The notes beneath the pieces were generated by a model. The model made no database searches and was not told the origin of the DNA. It saw only the letters and a list, made by a program, of their open reading frames with translations. A stretch of 63,219 nt of DNA, filler included, from Octopus bimaculoides (Eukaryota): NCBI RefSeq assembly GCF_001194135.2. It is 11 parts of 8 records of this genome, joined end to end, with 100 filler letters (N's around TTAATTAATTAA, not from the genome) between each part and the next. Parts side by side here need not be neighbours in the genome. Positions count along the whole stretch, not along the records: positions 48,160 to 52,797 come from NC_069006.1; positions 52,898 to 58,091 come from NW_026315577.1; positions 58,192 to 61,657 come from NC_068989.1; positions 61,758 to 63,219 come from NW_026315245.1; 7 more parts are not named here. One strand, given 5' to 3'. Both the position numbers and the translations under genes were made by a program. Position 1 is the stretch's first letter; each line of letters begins with the position of its first letter. Shown piece by piece: positions 50,933 through 63,219 of the stretch.

Positions 50933-51380
50933 GCGGTGAGCTGGCAGAAACGTTAGCACGCCAGGCAAAATGCTTAGCGGTATTTCGTCTGCTGCTACAT
51001 TCTGAGTTCAAATTCCGCCGAGGTCGACTTTGCCTTTCGTCCTTTCGGGGTCGATTAAATAAATACCAGTTACATACTGGGGTCGATATAATCGACTTAA
51101 TCCTTTTGTCTGTCCTTGTTTGTCCCCTCTATGTTTAGCCCCTTGTGGGCAATAAAGAAATAAGAAACGTTAGCACGCCGGGCAAAATGCTTAGCAGTAT
51201 TTCGTCTGTCTTTATATTCTGAGTTCAAATTCCGCCGAGGTCGACTTTGCCTTTCATCCTTTCAGGGTCGATTAAATAAGTACCAGTTACGCACTGGGGT
51301 CGATGTAATCGACTTAATCCCTTTGTCTGTCCTTGTTTGTTCCCTCTGTATGTAGCCCCTTGTGGGCAGTAAAGAAATAC
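50933..51380 (+). mobile_element. Head-to-tail dimer of SINE family A variant within one TSD
   Basis: Two ~220-bp units. 12-bp TSD gagcaggtcaag at 50921-50932 and 51381-51392. Confidence 0.88.
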
Positions 51381-51510
51381 GAGCAGGTCAAGAGGACCAG
51401 GGATGGAGACAGGCAGATGCAGTGGACGACCAAGACGTCTCGCTTGGCTCGTCTTACTTTCTGCATTTCATCGTGTGGTCCTGCAATCGGCCTTCTTCTC
51501 CATTGAACCA

Positions 51511-51530
51511 TTAGGGTTAGGGTTAGGGTT
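51511..51530 (+). repeat. Short (TTAGGG)3 run
   Basis: ttagggttagggttagggtt within an unclassified interspersed-repeat-like stretch. Confidence 0.8.
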
Positions 51531-51769
51531 TCTTACGCAGAGTCCACGAGATCAAGTCTTCACATGCTCAGGGAGGCAAACCCTAATCTGCTAATTAGCC
51601 CATAGCTGGGACCCAGACAGCTGTTACTGCTGCAGATCAGAGTAGTGCTGGGAACAACAGGGACTAAGAGGTGGGTCCACACTCCTTCCTTCCTCAAAGC
51701 CCTTCACCTCCAGGACAAGGGTTTCATTAGGGGATGCAGTTTAAAGTGATCCCCCAGGATGGTGTAAGC

Positions 51770-51893
51770 ATGCATACATACATGTATATACATACACACA
51801 CAAACACACACACACACATACACATACATACACACTCACATACACATGTATATATATATGCACACACACATAGATACACCCATACATACACAC

Positions 51894-51948
<55 letters not shown>

Positions 51949-52397
51949 CACACACACGCATACATATGCTCGCACACACATACATACATACACACATACA
52001 TTCATATATATACATACACACACACATACATACAAACACATACACATACACACATACATATATATATACATACACATACATACATACACATACACACACA
52101 CTCACACACTCACATACACACACACTCACACACTCACACACACACATGTATATATATATGCACACACATACATATATATATATACATACACATACGCATA
52201 CATATGCTCACACACACACATACATACATACACGCTCATACACACATACATACACACACACATACATACAAACACACACATACACACATACATACATACA
52301 AACACACACATACACACACACATACATATATATACATACACACATACATATGCTCACACACACTCACATACATACACACACACATACATACATACAC

Positions 52398-52428
<31 letters not shown>

Positions 52429-52435
52429 TACAAAC
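51770..52435. repeat. Compound CA/TA/CATA microsatellite (representative of dozens in the window, including GATA, GA and TG arrays)
   Basis: Visible directly. Explains the THTH/CVCV/YIYI ORFs. Confidence 0.95.
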
Positions 52436-55157
52436 CTACATCCTTTTCCTAAAATATGCTAATGTATTCACACCTTTATTTATATCCAGAACCATACATA
52501 CATATGTACTACTACAATTACTACTACTACTATTACTACTACTACTTATGTATATGTCTAAACCGAACACAAAGAGATCCATTATTCAGTTAGTGGTGGT
52601 GGGAGTGATGGTGATGGTTGTGGTGGCGGTGGCAAGGGTTGTTGTGAAGAAGAAGAAGAAGAAGAAGAAGAAGAATGCTTTCAAGAATTCTCTTGTCAGA
52701 CTTTCTCTCCCCTCCTCCTCCTCTGTTTATGTGACCTTCACCACTGAACTATCATCTCACACATACACAAACCACACCCGAATCCATTTCTTCTTCTNNN
52801 NNNNNNNNNNNNNNNNNNNNNNNNNNNNNNNNNNNNNNNNNTTAATTAATTAANNNNNNNNNNNNNNNNNNNNNNNNNNNNNNNNNNNNNNNNNNNNATA
52901 CATGCATGCATACATGCATACATACATACATACAATACTTCAATTCTGAAACAAAGAGTGTAATAATTCATTTAGAATTAGAAGATTGAGTACAAATCCG
53001 TATGTTACATTTAAAGATCATAAGACCACCTATGCTAACATCCCTGTAACTAGACTCATTAATGCCACTAAAACTGACGGAGATATAATGAGCAAATACA
53101 TCCTTAAATTTTCCTTAAAAGCCAAGATAGCATCACGTTTACCTCTGTGAATTGATTTAAATTCAGGCATTACATTTGTTTCCTTCACTACCAAATACTG
53201 AAAACTGTAATATTACAAGATGCTTATAATACTCATATTTAAAACAGAACTAAGACAGTAAGTAGTTAATGAAAGTGACTTACTGTTGTAGAGTACATCT
53301 TACAAGTGATCCAAGGGCACAGTTGTGGACATAATTATAATCAACATAATTCAGCAGTGTGACTCTCTTTTACTATATTTATATAATCTCTTAATTATTA
53401 TATCATTTATAATATTTTGGTTCACCAAAATTTTGTCATTTTGTAAAGAACTTCTCATTATTAGTTATGAAATTATCATCATTATGTAAGTGAGAAATCT
53501 CTTATTCACAGCAACAGTATATGAGCATAAAAGAAACCATCCACTAATATTTTTATATGACCAAATTATTAGGCTGGCCAAAATTTGAAATATTATGAAA
53601 TTATATATTCTAAAACATTTACATACCAAATTTCTATATATCCTCAGTTTTTTTTTCAAAGACTCTGGCCTACTGACACTCAAAAACACCAGTAAACAAT
53701 CATCTGAGAAATTTAGTAAAAAAGTCCATGTTTTTGAAGAATTTACCTTAAAATTTACAATCAAATCTATTTGTAAGATAATCACTTCTTTTGAAGTAAC
53801 TTACAATTTAGGTAATTCACAATTCTTCTCACCCAGAATGTTTAATGAATCACTACACTAAATACAGACTCTTCAATCACCCAACAATATTTTAAGCAAT
53901 TTGGTTTGAAATATTTCTTTTCTGATTCTGGTTTGCTTTCTGATAGAGCAGCGATCACTGCTGATTCTGAATACTGAAATGTCACATTACAATGTTGCAT
54001 ATTTACCAACATAGATACTTGATGACAATTCATGAACCTATAGATATAAAAAAGAAATCCTTCTCAAAATGAGAATGTGTCACTATCTTTGAAGATAAAG
54101 TGTTCATAAAACAACTGCAAGAAGCATTTCCCCTTTAGCACAAGTATTACAGAATTTTTAATAAAATCAAACATAAAAATCCTAATCTACACACTCTCAA
54201 TTTTGGATATTTGGTGAGTGAATATGAACTGAATCAATCTATATGATTCCTTTTCAATGCAATATTCACTATCTTGCAATTGTTCACATATGAATGGATG
54301 CTGAATCAAATGGATATGCACATCTAAACGAATACTGTGTCTGTATCATACATTAAATTAACTGCCTTTTAAAACTGTACATTCAGCATAAACACATATT
54401 TCACAATCATTTTAGAAATATTCATGTAAATCTGACCTGATATATCTGGTGTTGTAAAATACAAAATTCAAACACAACTCAATTCTTTTTTGAAGCTGTG
54501 TGACCAATCAGGCAGGTGTTTTTCTCTCTGCCTCTTTGATTCATATGAATTCCTGCTTTCAAACTTTTCAAATTTTTAATTAAAATTCTAAGTTTACCAC
54601 AAACAGTCATTGAAAATATGAACGTTATTATCATATGAAAACCACTAAGCATATAATATTGCTTATTTTTTATCCACAACAACTATTGTTGTGTCTCTTC
54701 CCAAATACTTATACAAATAATTCAACTCTATGCATTAGCTTTAATAAACTTACTTTTAATTTTTTGTTAATTTTCTTTAAATTTTTAACATAATAATGTT
54801 ATATAAAAATGTAAATACTCAAACACCTAAGAAGTTGAATCCATTATGAGAGTGACTTATCTTGGTAACTATATCTTACATCCAACTCAAACCTACAGAA
54901 TATTTCAGCATTGTGACTCACCCTTGCTATGTTTTATATATTCATTTATTTATATATCATTGTATGTTTTAATATTTGGGTTGTATCGGTAGCTCCAAGA
55001 GTACAAGTAGTCTTCAGATATTTATATGAGTGTGCTTATGTGTGTATACATATATATGTATATATGTGTGTGTATATATGTATATATATGTATATATATG
55101 TGTGTATATGTATATATGTGTATATCTATATATATATATATACACACATATATATAC

Positions 55158-55205
<48 letters not shown>

Positions 55206-56411
55206 ATATGTATATATATGTGTATATTTATATATATATGTGTACACACACATACACAATATGGAATTATATACATATATTTGTTTAAGTGTATACATGC
55301 ATGAAATTTGTTTGAATGCTTGTATATATATGTGTGTGTGTGTATGCATATATTTTCATGTGGATGCATGTGTATTTATATGAATGTATGAATGTATGTA
55401 TGTGTACACTTGCATGCATGTGTTTGTGTATTTAACGTTTTATCTATGTTTAGCTAAAAGAAGAAAAAAAACCAATTTTTTTTTTCTGAATCTATAACCA
55501 GCAGCAAGTCACTCTATGAACAAATATCTGTGTTTATATGTCAGCAAAATGCATATGAATGTATGTTTATAGCAAGAGTTTTACTAATCTCTTAACTTGC
55601 TTTTCACTTACATCTGCATATCAATTAAAATTTGTTCAACAGAATAGCTTTACAAGTGTGTCTGATGTGTATGGCTTTGTTCTCTCTATGTGAATATACT
55701 ACACACATGCATGAATATGCATAGAGTTTGCTATTCATACATGTTGAATAGGCAACATATGTCTTATCAAAATTTGGGTCATTAATTAAGACAAACTCTG
55801 TATTAACCAGATTTGTCATTCCCAAGTCAGGCCTTAAAAATGTTACAAAATAAATCATATAAAAAAATTACAAATAACAATAATGATAATAATAATAATA
55901 ACAACAACAATGATAACAATTTAGTAAGTAAAATAATTTAAATATTTTAAAATTATATAAACTTTAAATAAACTATTTTCCTAGATTAAAGTTAAGAAAA
56001 GCTACAAAAAAATTAGAAGCAAAATAAAGTTTTGTGGATTTCAAAAAATTCCTCACATTATATAAGTGCAAAGGAAATTTGTTTTTATACATTTATTATA
56101 ATCTTTTTTTGTTTTTTTACATATTTATTTATTTCTGGAAGGTTCTCTGACCACCCATAAAAGCAGATATCAGACTTTGTTCAGAAAAATGCATATCATT
56201 GGAATTAATTTGGGATGCTAAGAAATGTAATAAAAATACATATATATCTATATATATACATACGTATATATATAACAAAATGAAATAGAAATAAAACATA
56301 AAGAAGGAATACTTGTGAAACCATATTGGCCATCGAAGATTATAAACACAACTTTATGTATATTTTTTATTTGTAAAAGGAAGGGACTGATATGTTTGTA
56401 AAATGCATGGC

Positions 56412-56472
<61 letters not shown>

Positions 56473-56663
56473 CATATATACACACATATATATATGCATA
56501 TATGTAGACATATATATCCATTTATATATATATGTGTGTACAAAGATATACTGAAATATAAATATATATATTATATACATATGATATGTACAGCATATGA
56601 TGTATGTATATGTATATATATAGATACACACAAACACACACATATATATGATATATATGTGTA

Positions 56664-56712
<49 letters not shown>

Positions 56713-57932
56713 ATATATATATATATATATATGTATATAGTTATATATATATAGACATACACACACACACACACATATATATATATACATATATATAATA
56801 TGCATATGTATACCTGTGAATGTATACAGATATATATGTACGAGTACACATACACATATGTACACATACATCGCACGCACGCATGCACATATATTACATT
56901 TTACTTTTCATTTTTTTTTTTGTTCTTTGTTGTTCTTGAGTTGCTGTAGTTGTTGCCTTTTAGCAAAGATAACACAGCATACTTCTTGCCATAAAATGGT
57001 ACCACAATTGAAGATGTTTGTGGTGGTGATGCAGCTGGCTTGTGAGGGCCTCTTGGAATGTGTTTTCCATGGGAATGCAGTGAAAGATATGTGCGGAAAC
57101 AAACATATATGTCAGAACAATTATACATCTTCTTCTGTTTTGTTTTGTGTTGTTAATCAACTCTTCGACAAGGTGATGACTTGTTTGTTGCAATGTGATA
57201 TAATCAGAACCTTTCTGAGATTGTTTGGGTTTGTTTTTTTTTTATGGTATTTCGTGTTTGTGTTTGTATTTTATGTCTTTTTTTTTATTTTTCGTTTTTT
57301 ATTTTTTTTGGAAGCCTGGTTGTTAGGGTTATGAACAATCAACTTATAATTCAATAAAAGAAGATTGAGAAGAATTTGGAAATCAACATCGAAGAATAAG
57401 CGAAAATGATAAACTGTACAAAAAAATATTTCCTTCCTGATAATTTAATTCAAATGTCAAATGTTGTTGTTGTTGTTGCTGTGGTGGTGGTGGTGGTTGT
57501 TGGTAATGGCGGCGATGGCGGTGTCTTTGTATTTTTGTTTAGTGGTTATTTGGAAAAAAAGGGGGGGGGGGAATAAAAAAAAAACCTACAATACACCAAC
57601 AACAGCAAATATCAGAAATTAATTAATGAGACAATGAGGCTTGTTTTCTGTCTGAACCTTGAAACCTGTTGCAAAAGTTCTGGGTTTTTCACATAGATTT
57701 GGTTTCTATTTATCTCTGCGCTGCTTACTTTGAGTGAAAACTAAAGCAAAAATTAAAACACTGTTTCTTTCACTGTTTTGCTTTATATTATTGTATTTTT
57801 CCTTTTTACTTGGAAGATATACATACCTATAAATTTGTGTGTATGTGTGTATGTGCACTTATGTATCTATATTTGCGTGCGTGTGTATATTTATATGTAT
57901 ATATTTAGTTAAATACATGTACATATATTTAT

Positions 57933-57998
<66 letters not shown>

Positions 57999-58199
57999 CA
58001 CACACATATATAGATATATACATATATATATGTACATACACACACATATATAGATATATACATATATATATGTACATACAGATATATATATNNNNNNNNN
58101 NNNNNNNNNNNNNNNNNNNNNNNNNNNNNNNNNNNTTAATTAATTAANNNNNNNNNNNNNNNNNNNNNNNNNNNNNNNNNNNNNNNNNNNNCATACACA

Positions 58200-58660
58200 T
58201 ACAGAGTGCGGTGAATAAATTGTCATCTAAATTACCCAAAAAGGAAAATAACACTGCCATCTCATTTTAACAGATATATTTACCAAAATTACATAAAAAT
58301 ATCGTGAAATTGTAAAGAGTAAGTTTATTGAATAAAATCGCCATTGGCCCCAACCACGACATCAAGACGACTTGAGAATCTCTGCAGCTCTTCGGGACGG
58401 TCTCCTTGTTGAATGCTGCCATAATCCTTGCTTTCAGTTCGTCTTTGGCGTTACAAGGAGTTTTGTTGGTCTCTCACTCAACTGCGCCTCACCCATAATA
58501 ATCAGGAGAATGCAGTATGGGGCGTTAGGTGGCCAGATGTTATGGGTGATATGATCGCAGAGGTTGTCTAACAGCCATGACTGGGTTCTCCTGTTTGTGT
58601 GGCATGTTGCATAGTCCTGTTTCCAGACGTAGGTGTTATGTGGTCGCAAAAATTGTCGTA
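58200..58660 (-). mobile_element. maT/DD37D-type Tc1/mariner 3' fragment
   Basis: YVWKQDYATCHTNRRTQSWLLDNLCDHITHNIWPPNAP: 37 residues run from the QD aspartate to the expected third-D position (decayed and frameshifted). Ends in TA-flanked cagagtgcgg terminus. Confidence 0.75.
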
Positions 58661-58926
58661 TAAAAACACTAACCTCATTATATTTACAGGAATTGTCCCC
58701 AATTCCTGTAAAAGAAATAATTGGATAAAGAAATAATTGGATAAAGCTTTCTGACGTGATTAACCAACGACGTCTTGTTTCTCTTCAGGGCCATCTACCA
58801 ACTACTCAGGTTTAAAGAGATAGCATTTTGAGTTGTTTTTTTTTTTTGCTAGTGAGCCACTTATACTATAATGTGTTTAATGTATCTTAATATATTAATA
58901 TACCAGTGTAGCATTTCTTTTTTGTA

Positions 58927-58965
<39 letters not shown>

Positions 58966-60599
58966 NNNNNNNNNNNNNNNNNNNNNNNNNNNNNNNNNNN
59001 NNNNNNNNNNNNNNNNNNNNNNNNNNNNNNNNNNNNNNNNCAGCTTATTTCGCATGCGTTCAACGAATTTGACAGCAAAATCACGCATAAACAGCTCCTT
59101 TCTCCGGAAAAGGAAAGATTTGGTTGCTACATCATGCACGTCCTGCTACCAAGTAACGGGTATTTCGGGTTCTTTATCGCAAATAGTTATGCGGTTGCAG
59201 GGCGTGCTAGAAATAGCAGCCAAATCTTTGGATCTGAGATACATTGAATGCACTCGGAAAACCCCATGGAAAAAATTATTTCACACCGAGGTTATGAACG
59301 GGTTTTTTTACGAAATAATTATCGTATTTTTGAAGTCATTTTCACATTAAAATTTTTTAGAAATATGTTTAAAAAATTGTAATGATATTCACTTGAAAAT
59401 AAATAAAAAATCATTAAAATATTGCCTATTTAAACAATACTAAAATATAAATACTTACTGTACAAACAACTTTTTTGAAATCTCATTCACTTAAAAATAT
59501 TTCTATATGATTAAAATATTGCGTACATCAAAAAGTCGACGTTTTTTTTCTTTAGAGAGTGATAGAGAGAGAGTGTGAAGACTATGTATCGCAGAGAGCG
59601 TACGTGTGTTTATGTACGTGATATTCATTATATGTCTGTGTATTCTGTATGTGCGTATGTGTGCTCATGTCACGGAAGCCATATATTTTCGTCAAGAAAT
59701 AACAAAGAAATTGTGTTTAACCGTTTTCATTAATAAATAGAGGTCCAAATATCACACAAATTCATACTGCATTGCATAAAACAATTAAGATAAAATATAC
59801 TATTTCTGAGATATTTTGGGAAAAATCAAACGTCTTCTAGAGTTTTAGTATTATTAAGATGTATATATTTGAGGTATAAGTGCTTCTTATTACTCTTGTG
59901 TAGACACTAAACAAAGCACTGCTTTAAATTGCATAAGATTTCGCGTTTCAAAATGTTCCTTAATCGTTTAATATCTGTGATTGTTTTGTGTTCACTGTTT
60001 ATGGGACAGTGTATGCAACTTTTTGCGTATACGTACGTGAGTGGTTACGGATATAATGCATACAATTTGAATTCTTATTTGTTTTTACATGTTTCCCTGT
60101 TTGCTCATGATTCGCCAAGTAGATACATTGCTAGAGTATAAGGAAATTCAATGTGTACCCATATATGCATATATGTGTATGTATGTACATACATGTATTC
60201 ATATATATATATATATATATATANNNNNNNNNNNNNNNNNNNNNNNNNNNNNNNNNNNNNNNNNNNNNNNNNNNNNNNNNNNNNNNNNNNNNNNNNNNNN
60301 NNNNNNNNNNNNNNNNNNNNNNNNNNNNNNNNNNNNNNNNNNNNTATATACATATTTTATTTAATTTATATTATTATGATTGACCGCTACGCATCCATTT
60401 CCAAGACTTTTGATGCGACTCTACCCTGTACTGTTCTCTTTCGCCCCCTTTCGTTTTCTCTCTCTTCCTTTCTCTAATTCTGTTTTCTCCCCCTCTTTCC
60501 CTTCGTTTTTTCTCTCTCATCCTTTCTCTAATTCTTTTTTCTCCCCTTCACCGTTTTCTATCTATCTGCCCGTCTGTCTCTCTCTCCCTCTTTCTCCTT

Positions 60600-60635
<36 letters not shown>

Positions 60636-61559
60636 GCTCACACGTGACCATCGTCCATCTTTTTTTCCTCATGTGATAATTTTTTCTTTCAGTCTATGTT
60701 ACAGACCAGACGCATTCTTATCTGTCTCCTCTTCTATCTTTTTCTCTTGTCAAAGACAATATTACGTTCCTCCAGCGTTCGCTACCTTACCTCGTCTGGC
60801 CTAACGGCCCACCATGTTTGTTTTCGTTTGGTTTGTTGTATGTCTCCACTGTCCTGTTTTTGTTACCAGCTTTGACACTCCGCAAATCACAAATTTTATT
60901 TTGGTTCGCGGGAGCAACTGCTTTTTCAAAGCCTCATATTGTCGTTAATTGCTCGAAATGAGGAGTAGATGGACAGCCAACAACTCATGAAGGGTTGTAT
61001 TTTTTATGTTACTTATATTGTTTTCCATTTGTCTCTCTCGTTGTTTGCATACAAAAGTTTGTCTTCGTATATTGTTTTCGTATTTCGTATTTCATGCTGT
61101 TTACTTTTTGTGACTTCCCTGTACCCATATATGCACATATGTACAAATATATATGTATGTATGTACATACATGTATAAAGTTCCAATCAGCGTCTCTTGC
61201 TCTCACTCATACTATTAAAACAACGAAACCATTAAACCATTAAAATATTTTATTTGCCAAGTTTTATATTAAGTTTTAATTCTCAGTGTTGTGAATTCTC
61301 CTTGAATGAACTGTATGCCCTTTACCTTGAAAAATAGAGTAAAGACGTTGTAGAAGTTAAACATCACTACGGTTTCTGGCTGGAACCCCCAGGTTTCCTG
61401 CACTGGAAGAGCCTGGTTAAGAGTCTATACGGTCACGTGACACCTCTCCGTACACCTTGCAACTATGTTATGACACCAGCCAGCATGTTGCAGAGGGTGT
61501 TTAAAGACTCAAAGGTTCATAAAACCGACCTAATCATTTGTTTACTTTTGTTTTATACT

Positions 61560-62040
61560 TTTACCTTTTATCTTGAACTTGTTTCAGTCATTAGACTGCG
61601 GCCATTCTGGGGTAGTTCAATTTTTAGTCGAATGATCGACCCCAGCGCTTTTTTTTTNNNNNNNNNNNNNNNNNNNNNNNNNNNNNNNNNNNNNNNNNNN
61701 NTTAATTAATTAANNNNNNNNNNNNNNNNNNNNNNNNNNNNNNNNNNNNNNNNNNNNATACACACACCTACACACACACACACACACAGACATGTATATA
61801 TACATGCACATGTACATGTATACAAATGTATATATATGTATATATACAAGCATATATTCATGTATACAAACTCACATACACACACATACATACAACAGGC
61901 CTCTTTCAGTTTCCATCAACAAAATCCAATTACAAGGCTTTGGTCAGCCTGGGGCCACAGTAGCAGATATTTGCCAAAAGTGCTGTGCAGGAGGACTGAA
62001 CTTGAAACCACATAGTTGGAAAGTAAGCTTCTTAACCACA
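61560..62040 (-). mobile_element. SINE family B pieces spanning a gap
   Basis: 3' tail at 61560-61657 and 5' head at 61865-62040. Confidence 0.7.
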
Positions 62041-62207
62041 TCTTCATATGTCAGCCTATCTCAACACAAGAGTATATATAAGTGACCCAAGGACATGAAA
62101 CACCCAGCCCTTGAGTCTATGATACACTTGAGTCACTTCAGTAACTTTTAAGCCAATTAATATGTATGAAGATGTGTGTGTGGGTGTGTGAGAGAGAGAA
62201 AGTATGC

Positions 62208-62315
<108 letters not shown>

Positions 62316-62365
62316 GCACACACACACACACTTCATCATATATATATATATATATATATATCTTG

Positions 62366-63219
62366 GAGTAATGGTGCTAAGCAGTGTTTATGTATAATCA
62401 CAATTTAGGTTAGTTGAAATATGTTTGTCACATATTTCAACTGTAAAAGGCAAATACACAGCAGTTACTGTGGAGAAAAAAATCTTTCCTATGGTAAAAA
62501 GGTGTGAAAACACCCAGTTCATTCAGTGTCACGCTCTCCCAGGAATCTCAGACATCAATGTTTCAAGTTTATTGACTCTTGTCGATGAGATGTACCTAAG
62601 AGATTATACAGTTTCTTTACTTGGTACCTTTCCATTTCTCGGAAATCCTCCTGAGACAGTAAGTTGTACTCCATAATGAAATTTCACAGAAAAATTAATT
62701 CCTTCAAAAGGAATATACAAATTGACAAAAATAGTTTTGCCAAAAATAATGACAAAAAAATAATTGTTACCAAAATGATTTAACACAAATAATATATTTT
62801 AACCCTGCAAAGGATAAAAAAAAAAAATCAAAGAGTTCAAATCAAAAGTTCAAATAGCAGTTGTTTCCAACAATATAAAAAATTTCCACAATTTTCTGCC
62901 CCACAGGGCGAAAATAACAGTTCACAAATTAACAACAGTTTGAATTTCAACAAGTACAACAACAATAACAATGAAACATTAGATAATAACAAATTAAACT
63001 CACAAACACGCAGCAGCCAAAAGGAGACGTACCTAAAAGAGGTAACCCTGAATGAACTGAATAAAGCTTATAGCTTTAAATATAATTCAGCCAACACATT
63101 GATTGATTTGCACTAGTAGATTGCCTGATCAAAAAAAATATCAGAGTAATGGTGCTAAGCAGTGTTTACGTATATTCACAATTTAGGTTAGTTGAAATAT
63201 GTTTGTCACATATTTCAAC
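62366..63219 (+). repeat. 76-bp direct repeat (778-bp period) containing an 11-bp hairpin
   Basis: 62366-62441 and 63144-63219 differ at 2 positions. Both end in gttgaaatatg-tttgtca-catatttcaac; the second copy runs off the window. Confidence 0.9.

Noticed and set aside
51734-52853. Long His/Thr/Tyr-rich ORFs (242 and 335 aa) and similar CV/YI/TH ORFs elsewhere
   Set aside because: Translations of dinucleotide and tetranucleotide microsatellites or of N gaps.
56901-57128. 75-aa minus-strand ORF (…HSHGKHIPRGPHKP…) as a terminal exon
   Set aside because: No recognisable domain, no convincing acceptor, and the surroundings are low complexity.
59041-59230. CpG-containing patch with CCGGAA and GCATGCG as a promoter or first exon
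   Set aside because: Abuts a gap, overlaps a dispersed repeat motif (tagaaatagcagccaaatc), and has no donor or linked gene.

Overview
AT-rich, microsatellite-saturated animal genomic DNA from a gappy draft scaffold. The SINE families and repeat landscape look cephalopod (octopus-like); that assignment is inference. Nearly all six-frame ORFs are translations of microsatellites or N gaps. One convincing protein-coding region: a 323-aa intronless ORF (17330-18301, +) for a type II membrane protein with GT-A-like glycosyltransferase motifs, directly after a strong splice acceptor. The rest is transposon debris: several SINE families, R4-clade and RTE LINE fragments, mariner/Tc1/maT(DD37D) relics, a hAT transposase relic, a Gypsy integrase fragment, many foldback/MITE elements, and Penelope-like termini with two minimal hammerhead-ribozyme motifs. 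The most unusual signal is telomere-repeat biology in a non-telomeric setting. A ~1.17 kb degenerate (CCCTAA)n tract is fused directly to a hAT terminus. A MITE family (2 complete copies, 1 partial) has TIRs and ~8-bp TSDs enclosing a variable-length TTAGGG array. A second, unrelated foldback element carries head-to-head TTAGGG/CCCTAA repeats. Family assignments come from motif recognition without database searches, and repeat boundaries are approximate unless a TSD or TIR is quoted.
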